Shown: positions 48,118 through 62,540, counted from the stretch's first letter. The stretch is DNA of 64,000 nt from the human T2T-CHM13v2.0 reference genome, Homo sapiens (GCF_009914755.1 NC_060926.1), one strand, 5' to 3'. Notes: generated from the letters alone by a model not told the origin. Translations and numbers: made by a program.

Positions 48118-50498
48118 CTCTTACCTTTCTTGTCAATCCTGCAGAAAAAGGAACTGTTCAGTTTAGGGTAAGAAAGCCCAGATGCCCTGAATTGTACAAG
48201 ACAAATGCTTGTGGGCAGTGTATATTATGTCATACTCTATTGTTAAAGATTTGAGTCAGATGAGTAATCTAGATGGGAGACAAGCCCAGTTTTTGTTTCT
48301 TAGCACAAACCATTTTATTGAATCCATACTATTATTTATAAAATGCAGATTTCTGTTTCTAAAGCAAAAAGTGTTGAAACTTTAATATTACATGAAGGTC
48401 TCTTAAATTAGGAGGTTGTGCTTAGGAAGAACACAACCATGAAAATGAAGGAACTGATTTACAAAAGTTTATTACCGAAACATTTTATGAAATAAAACAG
48501 CCAGAAGTTTGCAGCATACATGTCCAACTAAGCATAATAATAATAGTTTCAAAAGTTTCTATCTCTTGATAGTAATGATACTTAATACTTCACTGGCTTA
48601 AAAAGCAGATGATTAAAAAAATCATAATTTCATACTAAAGGCATTTTGCTTTATAGTTCTGGCAATATGCTAGTAAATTTTAAAATGTACTTAATAAATC
48701 CAGATCTTGAAAGACTAACATTTAAACCAGTATTACATCACAATATCTACGCTTCAGGTTTGTAATAATAAATTTATAATGGAAATGGCTCTTTTTATTT
48801 TCTCCCCCTCCTACCTCACTGGTACCTCATTTTTCCAAACCCCAGTCCCATGAAGGCTTTGCAGCACAGCTGCTATCAGTTGGTGGAGTGCCAGGAGTTT
48901 TCCATTGTCTTGTAACAGTGATTTGTTCCCAGCACATTCAACTCTCTTCCTCATTTTGGATATTCTGGTTAATGGAATTGTAATATGTACCAAACTTGGC
49001 TTACCAATCTTCACAGGACCATAAAACAAAAATATTTATATTAAAATAGTAGTGAATGTAATTTAATTTTTTAATCATCCCTTTAGAAATTGGATACCCC
49101 CGAGCCCTTGTGAAGGGGCTGCATGAAGCATCAGTTATAAATATGGTGATAAAATAGCAGCACTTGCTAGTTAACAGAGATCTGGTTGACCGAATGCTAG
49201 ATAACAGAATTTGATAAAAATAGATGAAAAAAACAGGTTGCATAATTGCTACAGTGTCAAGGAAGAAAAGCCCAGAACCAAGAGTTTACATTTTAACCAC
49301 GTTAGCTTCATGTTCCCAGGAAATAGCTCTGTACTATATGGTGAAAGTGGTCACTCTTAACTTTAATAGGGGGAAAGCGATGATGACTATTCCTTTTGAA
49401 ATTTTTCTCTATAGGGAGTGAAACCCAGTGCCTCTGCAGTTTTCCTTTCTTTTGAGTGGAGGTAGGCCTAGAGGGGAAGTGAAGGATTAGGAAGTCACTC
49501 CTGCCAACGCATGAAGTTTCCCAGGTTTTCCCACCATGGATATAAGCAACTAAGTGAGAAAGTAAGAAGTACTTGAGTTTGAGTCAGTAATATATTTTTG
49601 AAAGGGAAAGGCATATCTAAACATCTCTGTGAACAAATGAAAACATGCCAGTTTTTAAATAGTATTTGGTATTATCACCACTTCTATTCCAATTTTAGGT
49701 TGAACCTCAACATGAAACAGAAATGCAAGCTACAAATATTTTAATGCAGTGATGTTTGTAACTGTTGGTTACTAATTCTGTTTGTATTTAAAAGTTGGTA
49801 GTTCCTAACCTTTTTGGGGAAAGGGGGTTTACTATGTAGTTCTAGGGGAACATTTCTTTACACTAGAGAAAAAATAAAAGATGGCAACTCCTCCTCCCAC
49901 TGCTCTAAAATCAAAAACACGAGGCTGTGTACCAGGCTAGCTAGGTATGGAGGACATGAGGGAGGTTTCATACATTCTAAATTCAATCTTAGCTAACAAC
50001 ATGGAATTCAAGGTCCTTTCTAAATATACGGTTATAATCCCAAAATCAAAGCCTTAATTAAAATTTGCAGTTTTTTTCCTTAGAAATAAAGAGGTTTATA
50101 ATAAGTAACACTTTAACTGAATTTTTAGAAGTTCAGCATAAAGTGTGAAGTATGGTCAGTTGTATTATTTATGTAGTCCTTAATAGTTGCACCTCATAAA
50201 TCAAAATCACTATAATTATTACAATATACTTCCTCTCATAAGATCAGTGAATTATAAGCGTATCAACAAAAATATGTTAAAAACATTACTAGTTTGTCTC
50301 ATCAATTCTGTAGGTCACTATATTTCAGTCATTTTTGAATATCATTTAAAAAGTTATTTTCATTGAATTGTTCATTTTTAGTTTCTTCAGGAGATGTAAA
50401 TGTGTAAAAGACAAAGATAACAAAGATTTTGAGATTACTGGAGTCTTGACAATTCTTGCCAATTGTGAATGACATGTAAAAAATTTAATAATTCACAG

Positions 50499-50665
50499 GT
50501 GAAATAGCCCAATTTTTGGTATGTGCTCATAGTTTAGCATATGATGAAAAGCCAAACTATCAAGCCCTCAAGAAAATTTTGAACCCTCATGGAATACCTT
50601 TAGGACCACTGGACTTTTCCACAAAAGGACAGAGTATAAATGTCCATACTCCAAACAGTCAAAAA
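50499..50665 (+). CDS. VRK2: VRK2 coding exon (~exon 11), end of kinase domain
   Basis: ttcacag|GT...CAAAAA|gtaagt, 167 nt, phase 1-0. Translates (C)[55 protein letters not shown]. Confidence 0.95.
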
Positions 50666-53600
50666 GTAAGTAACATAATCCCTGCTATCCTATGATTACC
50701 TTCTATGATACTTTTCTATCGAATGAAATTGTTTTAGGTCTCAAAATGAGTCTGACAGCTTTCTTCTTCCTTATATTTAACTCCCATTTTGCCTAACTCA
50801 GCACCAAGAAAGTTTGTTCCAAGTTCTTTTGACCTGTTGTCTCACAGAGAAAAATAGGATCTGTGGCCTACTATGTACTATGAAAGAAAGCAGTCACTAC
50901 TGTCATAGAGATGTGACTAGGGTAAAGGCTAATCTGATGTTACTCATGAGAAAGCCATCATTTGCTTCTTTTCTCCAGGTTTTCTTTAGATATTGCCCTG
51001 TGTTTTTGCCTACCAATTTGGCCATAATTTGGTGATAACAGTCTTCGATTTAACCAGGTTATTTGTATGTGCTGATATTTCAATCCATGGAAACAGTTCT
51101 TTACAGAAAATAAAAGAGTTTATGCCAGAGATCTAGGTTAAAAAAAATCATTTTTTAAAAGTTACACCTCTTCTTTTAGTCTGCCATCTTCCCAAAGACC
51201 AACACCAACTTAAAAAAAAAATTAAGATTTCGAGCATTTTTAAGCGGGTGGTGGAAATCTTAGACTGCCGTTATTAGCAAGAATAGTGGACAGGCAACTC
51301 AGCATCCATGTCTTCCTTGACCACTATCCGTATGCACAAATAGAGTGTGGAGGGCATTTTTTTCCTGATGCATGTACAGTAAGATAGGGTCAGGATGCTA
51401 TTCATTTTTAATATTTCTTATGAACTTTGGATCATCACACGTGTTCATGAGCCAAGAATGCGGGATGCAAACTAATGTGACTGATAGGCTGCTAGATGAA
51501 TGGTGAGTCAAGTATCAGTGCACAGATGGTTCTGATTTGCTGAATTTTGTAGTTGCTGCAACTGAAGACATAAAATATCCTTCTAGTCATAAATTAGCTC
51601 TTTGGAAGCAAAACCTTGGCACCAGAGCTTTACAACCTTCAATTAGTAGGAAAAGAAGTATTTGAATGACTGTGGTATTGACATCTGTAGGCCTGCATAG
51701 TAATCATTCCTAATAGAAGAGAATATCTGTTTGAGGAGGTTTTGCATGGCTAATTAACTACCAGTGAGAATATGTAATTTTTTCATGATCTCCTGATTGT
51801 CACCTTTCTCTCATGATACAATTAGATTTTATTGTAGCAAGTGCCTCACAAACCAATTGTCAGCACTATTTACGTATTGCAGAAGGCAGAACAAGAGTTC
51901 ATGTTTAATAAAAAGCCACTGGATTTTGATCTTGGTAATTACTGAGACTTGTTTTAACAGTTTTATTGACTTTTGTGTTTTTATCACTTTTGCAACAAAA
52001 CAAAGAGCCATTTCCTTGACGTAGTATTTTCGTTGCAATAATGGTCACCACTTAATCTATGCTAATTTAAGTAGATTTTTCCCTTTTTGTAGTTTTTCAG
52101 TTTCATAAACTTAATTGAAATATAAAAGAAGCCATTTTAAAAACTGATAGCTATATCCTCTGATATAAAATTCTGATTATTATCCACCAGAATTTTCAGT
52201 TTCATCAAATTAAAGGGTGTTTGTTGTGAAACCATTTTTATATGTAGAGAATAGAACATAAAACACTTTTTCCAATGAGCCTCCATCAAGAATATTTTAT
52301 CCCTTTTGATTATTTTGATTATGAGTAAAAAAAGCACTTAAAAATAATACATGCTTTTAAGACCTACGCTAATTTCTGTTAAGAAATGTATGTGATCAGC
52401 CTGGATGTATAGACAGTAAGATGATTTGGGGATATATTTTGCAGCAGATCAATATTTATTTATTTATTATAGTATTTTAAGTGCATACATATATTTAATA
52501 ATGATAGCATAAGATATGGGCTCACCATATGTGGCTAAACTTTAAGTATCTTAATTTTCAAAGTTTACAGATTTTGCAGTGCTACAAAAACCAAACCTGA
52601 AAATGTTCAAATGCAAGGTATGACAGTATAAACCGTCCTGTTCCCAGTTCCCCTGAATGATGCACGTATAGGATGATTTCCACAATAGATTGCTTCCATA
52701 ACAAAAATCATTCCAAAATGCATATCAATCACATGGCTCCAAATTTCTTTTTAGTCACAGACAGAATGCTCTTATTAGTAACTAAAATCGTTTCTTGTTA
52801 CTTTATAAATGGGTTTATAGTTATATGTAGTTAAGTATTTAGTTATAGAGCTGTTTAACAGAGTAGTGAATGAATTCTGGACTAATACATTTTTTGGACA
52901 AAGATATTTTAAAAGAAGACATTGGACCAGAAAAGGTATACATAAATAAATAAAATGTTACCATCATTCAGTATTCAAGGGAAAAAAGTTGTAACTGTTT
53001 ACATTTTTAAATGTTATTTTGCTAATAACAAATGAAACTTATACAGAGGGAAGTAACAGTATTTTTAAGAAAAACATATTTTGATTAGGTATTAGAAGGT
53101 AGCACATTACCCTAAGAATCTCACCAAACTTACATCACCTTTTTGCAAAAGAAAAAGTTTTTTTTTTTTTTCCAATACTGGATTTTACTAGACATTATAA
53201 ACTGTTCTCTGTAAACCTGGACAGAGAATTCCTCAAATATTGTTATTGGAGTTAAATTGGAAATGAATTTTTGTCAAGAGAGTAGTGATATTGATATTTT
53301 TTTCATGAAAAACAAATCTTTTGGGGTATTTGCCTGAATCAAAATGAGGGATGTAAAACTGAAGTCACTTGCTAGTAGTTCTGGGGGCTCCTGAGTTAGC
53401 ACCGCCAATCAAATTAGAAGACTGTCTCATCAAGACCATCACAGTCTCTTTATGCCACCCACTAGGATTTAATTTCCAAAATTCACTGAAAGAAACAATA
53501 TTTCAATAAGAATGCTTATTGAGGTGAGCTAAAGCTCTAGAATTCCCAGATAAGAATGTTAAAGCCAAGATGGAAAACAGCGTTACTAAAGGCCCCATTA

Positions 53601-54539
53601 CGACCCTTGAATAAGCTATTTTTCAAGAACCAGAGGATCCTTTTAATCGTTTATCAATGACTCCCACCTTATTATGGTGCTTGAATCATATATACAATAT
53701 ACAGTAATATACTATAATATGTTAGTATATTGTAATAGTGTAGACACTTGGGCATAATGAGCCCTCCCATCCTTCCTAAATGCTTTAGCTAGGCAGAGAA
53801 GTAGCTGCAGGTCAGAGCTAAAAGGTTGTCCCTTCATTCACCTTAAATCTGAGGCTCCCATAGCATATCCAGAGTTGAATATATTATTATTGGTAGTAGT
53901 AGTATTTGTATAGAATTTAACGGTTTACAAAATTTTTTCCTAAGCTTTAAGTCTCAAAATAATTCTATGAACTTCTCTTTATTTTCTGTATATGAGGATA
54001 GTGAAATACAGATTCTTAATTAGAAGCACATTTTTGGTTTATTAATTTTTAGGAGTCCAAAGGTATTCTTGATTTTATAGAACAGTGTGAAGTTCCAATG
54101 GAAAATTAAATAAAAACTACCTCATTTTCATACCTACTTTCTTGAAAATATCACACATTTGTGTAGTATCCTTCTATTATAAGGGATGCCCAGGGTGTTT
54201 TCTGTATTTTTCTATCTTTGAGAAAAAGTTTCACTGTGTTCACTATCATCTACTTCACTCTTACAATAAAAGTTTCCTTAGAAATAAGATTTTCCATTAA
54301 TTGGCTATCATTTTGTTTAGTAGCTAGAAGTGCCCACGGCAGTGCAGCCTAACCATTCAGCCAACTAAAAGCAAATCCAGGAGGCATCATCTCTTCCAGG
54401 AACTTTCACAGAGGAGTGAATATATTATACTGAATTTTGCTTATACGTCAGAGGCTCCCAGGGCAAAAACTCTTAAACCTAAAATGCCTAGCATATAGGA
54501 AGCACTAAAAACTTCAATATCTTAGCTAAAAATAAAACT

Positions 54540-55375
54540 GCCAGCAACCTTGCTTCTGGGTATGTATCCAAGGGAAATAAAACCAGATGTCAAAGAGGTA
54601 TCTGCACTCCCATGTTCATTGCAACACTATTCACAATAATCAAGATACAGCACAACCTAAGTGTGTGTCAATGGGTGAATGGATAAAGTGTGGTCCGTAA
54701 CCACAATATTATTTGTGGTTATAGAACACATTTTCTTTATCCACAAAGTGTATTTTATTCATATATATTGTGTCTGTTTGTGTATATATGTATATACATA
54801 TATATGTATATATGCACACATATATACACATACATATATACATATACACACATATATATACATATATACACACACACACACAATGGAATATTATTCAGCC
54901 ATAAAAAGGAAATCCTGACATTTGCAACATCATGGATGAATCTGGAGGACATTATGCTAAGTGAAATAAGCCAGACACGGGACAAATACTGTATGATCTC
55001 ATTTATAGGTGGAATCTAAAAAAAATAATAAACTTATGAAAGCAGAGCATAGAACAGTATTTGTCGGGATGAGACCTGGGGAAAATGGGGAGATGCTAGT
55101 CAAAAGGTACAAACTTTCAGTTATAAGATGAATGAGTTCTGGGGATCTGATGTACAGCATGGTGACTGTAGTTAGTAATACTGTGTTGTATTCTTGAAAT
55201 CTGCTAAGAGAGTAGATCTTAAGTATTCTCACACAAAGAAATGGTGACTAACGTGAGGTGATGTGTTAATAACTTGATTGTTGTATTCATTTTGCAATGT
55301 ATACATGTATCAAAACATCACATTGTATACCTTATATATTTTTATTGTCAAACATATCTCAATAAAGCTGGGAGG
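54540..55375 (+). mobile_element. L1MA-type 3' fragment containing a (TA)n(CA)n microsatellite (54782-54882)
   Basis: tatctgcactcccatgttcattgca, MEYYSAIKRK/TWMNLEDIMLSEISQ frames, ttgaaatctgctaagagagtagat, terminal aataaagctg. Confidence 0.9.
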
Positions 55376-56451
55376 GCAAATCTCACCCTTTATAACATGG
55401 AACACATTTTCACAAGAATTGGTAAGCCAATGTTTTAATAGGATAAAACAGTACGCAAGAACCATGGGAGACCCTTTGTTTCACACTAATGGTATCAGGT
55501 ACATTTATTACCAAGATGACTTCAGCAGAAAGTGGCTCAGAAGATGGTGACATAAATTTTCCCAGTAGTTTGGGAAGGTTGAGTGGTGAAAATAAAGAAT
55601 TCCTGCATGATTAAGAAACATTTCCAACTTTCAGGTTACTGAAAGGCAGTGGTTTTGAGCTGGGATCCTGGAGGAGGGTAGAATAGAGTGGTGTTGTGAC
55701 AATTTAGGCTTAGCCACAAAACACCAGCATATTTTAAAGGGAAGGAGTGAACACACTTGGCGATAAAAGCTAAAAATTGAGAGACTACAAATTAAGGCTC
55801 TGCTTGCCCAGCCAATGTAATTCATTCTCTATTTTGGCACTGGCTACTTCACTATTTCCCCTTTGTGCTGTTCCTATCTTCTGCCCCCTGTTTAACTCAT
55901 GAAAAAAAGGTGATGGCACTTTCAGCTGCTATAAACATGAAGCTGCTGAACAAATACTTCATATAAGGACCTTCGCTGTAGCTTTCAATCTTCCAACAGT
56001 GTTGTGGGTTCTGCCCTTCTGTTTCTGAGTCTACTTCAAGGTTATTGACAGTCAGGCATCCCCCAGATATCATCATGGTGTGAAAAAGAAACCTTAGAGA
56101 CAGCAAGCTTGTTGTAGAAGAACTTAACCTCTGATACTGGTACACAGTATTCGATGACATGAACTGTTATTCATCTTGCTCAAAGGTTAAACTACCTGCA
56201 CAAAAATGTAAGCAACATCACAAGCTCCTTTTATATATTCACATTAATTAGGCTCACTTCAATGATAGAAAACTAAGATTTTAATTAATAAGAATTTAAA
56301 CTACAAAGATATACTGGATACACTCCCAGCAAAGGTTAATAATGAATTCATGTGCAGCTTTAAAATGTGACAATTTTCTCTAAAAATGCTGTTTTCAGTA
56401 AGCAAGTTATCTGTAGAGATAATTTCTAAGGAGTACAGTGACACTAATTTT

Positions 56452-56926
56452 ATTTTTTATTTTATTTTTTATTATACTTTAAGTTCTAGGGTACATGTGC
56501 ACAACCTGCAGGTTTATTACATATGTATATATGTGCCATGTTGGTGTGCTGCACCCGTTAACTCATCATTTACATTAGGTATTTCTCCTAATGCTATCCC
56601 TCCTCCCTTCCCCCACCCCATGACAGGCCCCAGTGTGTGATGTTCCCTACCCTGTGTCCAAGTGTTCTCTGTTCAATTCCCACGTATGAGTGAGAACATG
56701 CGGTGTTTGGTTTTCTGTCCTTGCGATAGTTTGCTCAGAATGATGGTTTCCAGCTTCATCCATGTCCCTACAAAGGACATGAACTCATCCTTTTTAATGG
56801 CTGCATAGTATTCCATGGTGTATATGTGCCACATTTTCTTAATCCAGTCTATCATTGATGCACATTTGGGTTGGTTCCAAGTCTTTGCTATTGTGAATAG
56901 TGTCGTAAGAAACATACGTGTGCATG
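56452..56926 (-). mobile_element. 5'-truncated L1PA (about PA5/PA6), ~475 bp
   Basis: T-rich tail, L1PA 3'UTR and ORF2 end. Perfect TSD CAGTGACACTAATTTT(A) at 56436 and 56927 with a TT/AAAA endonuclease site; ends ~220 bp upstream of the 57149 exon. Confidence 0.96.
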
Positions 56927-57148
56927 CAGTGACACTAATTTTAATTGGTTTTGTCCCATTGATGAGAAAGGGTCTGGATCTTGCCAACGACTATAGTTTT
57001 TCTGTAATGTCCACTTGCTGCTTTCCTCTTTATTTCCTTTTTTAAAGCTTGGCAAGTTTAGAGCTTTTAAGAATCTGGACATATATGCATTTTTTAGAGA
57101 AATACCAAAAGTTTTCATTATATATTATTACTTACTCTATACCAACAG

Positions 57149-57307
57149 GTTGATTCACAAAAGGCTGCAACAAAGCAAGTCAACAAGGCACACAATAGGT
57201 TAATCGAAAAAAAAGTCCACAGTGAGAGAAGCGCTGAGTCCTGTGCAACATGGAAAGTGCAGAAAGAGGAGAAACTGATTGGATTGATGAACAATGAAGC
57301 AGCTCAG
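57149..57307 (+). CDS. VRK2: VRK2 coding exon (~exon 12), C-terminal region
   Basis: ccaacag|GTT...CAG|gtgaga, 159 nt, phase 0-0. Translates VDSQKAATKQVNKAHNRLIEKKVHSERSAESCATWKVQKEEKLIGLMNNEAAQ. Confidence 0.95.
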
Positions 57308-58479
57308 GTGAGAGGGTTGTTTGTGTGTGTTTTTTCTAACTTAATGTTACATTAGAATATGCCCTTTGGGAATAAAAACATCTTATTTTCTCCTGAGGGC
57401 CAAGGTTGTATGGTTTTGTTAAATGAGAAGGGACAGAAAATATCCTAGCCAGCTGATAAAATTAAAGCGGCCAGCACCAGTTATCATAGAAACAGAATAG
57501 CAGTAAGCACATTTGCGTACAGATCTGATTTCTTTATTCTAAGAATGTAATGAAGTGCACTTAAATTTCTTTTGCCATCTATGATCCATTAGGGACTCAA
57601 TGTATTCTATACTTTTACATTGGTTCCTCAAGTCTCACCCTTATAATCAAATATAAGTGAAGTGTTTCCCTGTCAATGTGGTTGTATTTTAAAATGATGT
57701 ATTTTTTACATCACTCAGTCATTTGGGCGGAGAGTGACTCACCTTTAGCAGATGACTCATTCAAGTAACAGCAAAAATCCTCCCTAATCTAACCTTTTTT
57801 GACAACAAGGAGAAGCATACAATGCATTTATTATCTGCAGTGAAAAAATATTTAATTTTGTCAAAATGACCAACATTTTATATGATTTATACACCATCAT
57901 TTCCCCCAAATGATTTGAGGTAGTTTACAGTATGAAACAGGATAATTTAATACCCCACCTTGTATACCCTACCTAATCAAGAAAAATTGATATATCAGGC
58001 AGCTGGGATATTAATCACTAAACTGAGCACTGAATTTGGCTCTGAACTTCTTGACAGCCGAGGCAAAAATTAGAAGCATAGTACTTATGCATTCTTCAGC
58101 CAGCCAACAAGCCTGCAAGTTTATCCAGAGACAGAAATGCTTTTTTTAGTACTAATAGCAATCTTTTACATTCTTTCGAGTATAAAATAGTGGCATTATT
58201 TGTTGTTTCATTTTAAATTTATGTAAGGAACTACTTCACTTAGGCATATTTTAGTTCCTATTGGTAAAATTAAAGACAAATCGTGCTTGGTGACAAAACT
58301 TAGAGATTCTAAAAATCTCTAGTTGAGAGATTCTTTTTCAACCCTTACTTAAGTCCACCAAAATCACCTGGTGTACAGGGATAGGGAAGCACTGCGAAAA
58401 TACTGATGCAAAGAAATTGATTCCTTTTTGGCTGTGGTGGCAATGAGATACGTATATATAGATTTTATCACTTTGGAAA

Positions 58480-61400
58480 GTCTTGGTTCTTTTCCCTAGT
58501 CAGTCCTCTTCCCCCAGGGAATGTTCTGCCATTTTGATTCTCATCACTAGATTAGATTTGCCTCTTCTAGAATTTCATAAACATGCAGTCATATAGTATG
58601 CATTCATTTGGGCCTGGCTTCTTTCACTCAGTGTTTTTTTTTTTTTTTGAGATTTATCCATGTTCATGCATGTATTAGTAATTTGTTTTTTCCATTGCTG
58701 AACAGCACTCCATTGTATAACTATATCATAGTTCACATGTCCATTGTGTAACTACATCATAATTCACAAGGCCATTCTCCTATTAATGGACATTTGGGCT
58801 ACTACTCATTTCTGGCCACCATGAATATAGTTGCTACAAACATTCTGGCACAAATCCTTCAATGGACATGTTTCATTTCTCCTGAGATGTAGAATTGCTG
58901 GGTCGTAGGGCAGGTGTATGTTCAATTTTATAAAGAGCTGACAAATAGTTCTTGAAAGTACCATTCTGTACTCCCACCAGTAATGTACAAGAGTTCTGGC
59001 CATTCCATGTCCTCCCCAATATTTGGTATTGTCACTCTTTTTAATTTTAGCCATTCTAACATGTGTATTAGTGTATTATTGCGTTTCCAATTATTCACCT
59101 GATGTCTAATTAAGTTTGAGCACTTTCACGTTTTTACTGACCTTTCATATATCTGTTCTTACAAAGTTTCTTTGTCGAGTGTTCTAATTTTTATTTGGAT
59201 ATTTGTCTTTTTATTGTTAAGCCACAGGAGTCCTTATCAGATATCTGTATTATGGATATCCTCTCCTAGCATGCGGCCTGCCTAATCATTTAATTCATAG
59301 TATCTTAGGATGTGCAGAAGCTTTTTATATTATTTGTTTTTTTATTTGAAGTTCAATTTATCAATATTTTAATAGTTTTTTTGTCGTTTGTTTGTTTTTC
59401 TGTAAAGATACCTAAGAAACCTTTGCCTACCTCAAGGTCACAAAGTTATTTTGCTATATATTTCTATACAAGGCTCATGGTTTTAGCTTTCATTGTTGGT
59501 TCTATGAGCCATCTCAAATCAATTCATGTGTATTGTGTGAGGTGGAGGTTGAGGTTCTCTTTTTCATATAGTTTGCACCATCATTTATTGAAAAGATGTT
59601 CCTAATGAATTTCTTTGGAGCCCTTTTCAAAAGTCAGCTAACTGTGTGTGTGAGCCTATTTCTGGGCTCTATTTTCTTCTATTCTACTTGTCTCTCCTTA
59701 CACCAACACCACACTGCATCAATTACTGTCGCTTTACAGCAAGTTCTGAAATTAGAATAGTTCTTTAATCCTTTTATTTTCTTTCAAAAATGTATTGGCC
59801 ATTTTAGGTCCTAGTCTCCTCCATAAAATTTAAGAAGCAGCTTGTTAGTTTCCACCAAAAAATGCACAATGGGATATTGACTGGGAGTACATTAAGTGTA
59901 AAGATGAGTTTATGGAGAACTGGCATCCCAACAATGTCGACTCCTCCAGTGCATAAACCTGGTACTTCTCTGCATTTATGTGGAACTTCTCTGCATTTAT
60001 GTGCATTTTCTTTAACTTCTCTCAACAGTGTTTTGTAGTTTTTAGTGTAGATGTCTATACATCTTCCATTAAAATTATCTCTAAATATTTTTGATCCCAT
60101 TTTAAGTAGTAATTTTCAAAATTTCATATTCCAGTTATTTGTTGCTGGTATATAGAAATAGAATTTATTTTCTATTTCTATATCAGTTATATTTGATATA
60201 CAATATAATCATGTGTCTTGGGATCTTTCTAAATGTACTTATTAGTTCCAATAGGTTTTATTATTTTTTAAATAGATTCTTAGGACTTTCTACATAGTTA
60301 ATGATGTCTGTGAATAGAGACAGTTTTACCTCTTCCTTTCCAATATATGCCCTTTATTTATTTTTTATCGTTGTCTTATTACATCTGCTAGCAGCTCTAG
60401 TATTACGTTGAATAGAAGTTGTGACAGTGGCCATCCTTGCTTGGTTCCTGATCTTAGGGGGAATGCATTCATTCTTTCACCATTAAGTTAGCTGTTGATT
60501 TTTTCTAAATGCCCTTTATCAGGCTGAGGAAATTTCACCATATTTGTTGAAAAATAAATGTAAATAATGAATATTAAATACTGTTTTGAGATCTTTTGAG
60601 ATGATCACATGATTTTTTCCCTTTACTAGTACGATGAATTACACTGATTTTTAAATGTTAAATCAACCTTTTATTTCTGGGATAAACCTCCAGTTAGGCA
60701 TGATGTGTTTCCCTGCTGATTTCTGTTTGCTGAATTCCAACTCAATTCCTGCTGAATTTCAGTTCCATGGAAGGTTTTTATACCTAGACTGATGAGGGAT
60801 ACTGGTCTGTAATTTTCTTTTTCTTTTCTTTTTTTTTTTTTTTTTGCAAAGTGAAAGCAAGTTTATTAAGAAAGTAAAGGAATAAAAGGATGGCTACTTC
60901 ACAGAGCAGCTGTAATTTTCTTTTGTCGTAATATCCTTGTATGGTTTTGTTTTCAGGGTCATTATGAATTATACCAGTTGGAAGTGTTGCACTCTGTTTT
61001 CAGAAAATGTTTTTGTAAGATTTGCCTTTCTTAAATGTTGGATAGAATTGAGCAAGAAAACCATCGGGGCTGATAATTTGTTGTAGGAAATTTTTTAACT
61101 GCACATTTACTTTCTATAATATATAGAGTGATCATTAGATTTTTTTTCTTGGGTCAGTTTTATATTTGTATTTTTCAAAGAATTTGTCCATCTCATCTAA
61201 GTTTTCAAATTTATCAGCACTAAGTTAGGATATTCTTTATTTTCCCTTTATCATCACCAATATCTATATTGATGTCCCTCTTTCAGTTCTGATAATGGTA
61301 ACTTTTGGTTTCTTTCTTTTTTTAGTAGTCTAGCTAAGGGCTTATCATTTTCATTGATCTTCTCAAAGACCAGCTTTGGTTTTTTTTTTTTAGTTTTTTT

Positions 61401-62540
61401 TTTTTTTCAAAGACCAACCTTTGGTTTTGTTGATTTTTTTAAAAAAACCTACCATTGATATGTTTTCTGTTTCACTAATTCTTTATCATTTGCTTGATTC
61501 TACTTATTTTGCATTTAATTTATTCTTTCAAGCTTCATAAGGTGAAAGTTTAAATCACTAATTTTTTCCTTCATTTTTTTTCTAACATATATAGTTAAAC
61601 CTATAAATATGTAAGCTGTGCTTTGGCTGTCTATTTCACAAATTTTGATGTGTTGTGTTTTCATTATTAATCAGTTCAATGTATTTTCTAATGTCCCTTG
61701 ATTTATTTGACCCATGGATTATTTATTAGTATGTTATTTAATTCCTAAGTATTTTTAAGGTTTACTGGGTATCTTTTTTGTTATTGATTTCTAATTTAAT
61801 TTTGCTGTCATCAGAACACATCCTGTATTATTGCAATCTTTTAAAATTCACTGAAACTTATTTTGTCACCAAGGAAAAGGCCTAGTTTAGTGAATGTTCC
61901 TTGTATACTTATGAAGTTTGGGGTTGTTTAATAGTGTTCAAATCTTATATATTCACTGTTTTATTTTGTCCTCGTTTTATCATTTAATGACAAAGGAATG
62001 TTACAATCACCAACTGTAATTGTGAATTTATCCATTTGTCTCTTCTATACATTTTTGCTTCTATACATTTTTGCTTCATAGATTTTGATGCTGTTATTAG
62101 GTATATGCAGATAGTAGTTATATGTTCTTGGTTAACTGTCCTGTTCATCATTCTGAAATATCTTTCTTTATATCTATTAAATACTCTATCTTGAGTTCTA
62201 CTTCATCTGACTTTTAACAATTCCAGCCTTCCTATGATTAACATTTATACATTGTATCCATTTCCATCCTTTGTTTAATCCACTTGTGTCTTTTTATCTG
62301 TGGCTTTTGTAACTAGCATATAGTTGAGCCTCGCTATTTTATAAAATCTGGCAAACACTATCTTTTATTTGCTCCATATCTATTTCATGTAACTATATTT
62401 GCTCCATTTCCATTTGAGGTAACTATTGATATAGCTGGGTTTAATCTACCATTATGCAGTTTGCTTTCTTTTTGCCCCATTTGTTCTTTGTCCCTTTTTA
62501 CCTCCCTCTTGCTTTATTTTGGACTGATTGAGAATTTTTT
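58480..62540 (-). mobile_element. Long decayed L1M (ME/MC-type) 3'UTR and ORF2
   Basis: ORF fragments MAKIKKSDNTKYW...HLPYDPAI and YTKNYKTLLREVKE; gccatccttgcttggttcctgatcttagggggaatgcattc. Confidence 0.85.
60822..60909 (-). mobile_element. Short L1-mediated retrocopy of an ERV1 LTR R-region transcript end
   Basis: Minus strand CTGCTCTGTGAAGTAGCCATCCTTTTATTCCTTTACTTTCTTAATAAACTTGCTTTCACTTTGC plus A-tail. Perfect 15-bp TSD CTGTAATTTTCTTTT (60807-60821 and 60910-60924). Confidence 0.85.

Noticed and set aside
58070-58081. TTAGAAGCATAG (L-E-A-stop) as the short alternative exon giving the VRK2B-type C-terminus
   Set aside because: There is no acceptor AG in the right position and the first codon does not fit the tail I recall. 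That exon probably lies beyond the window.
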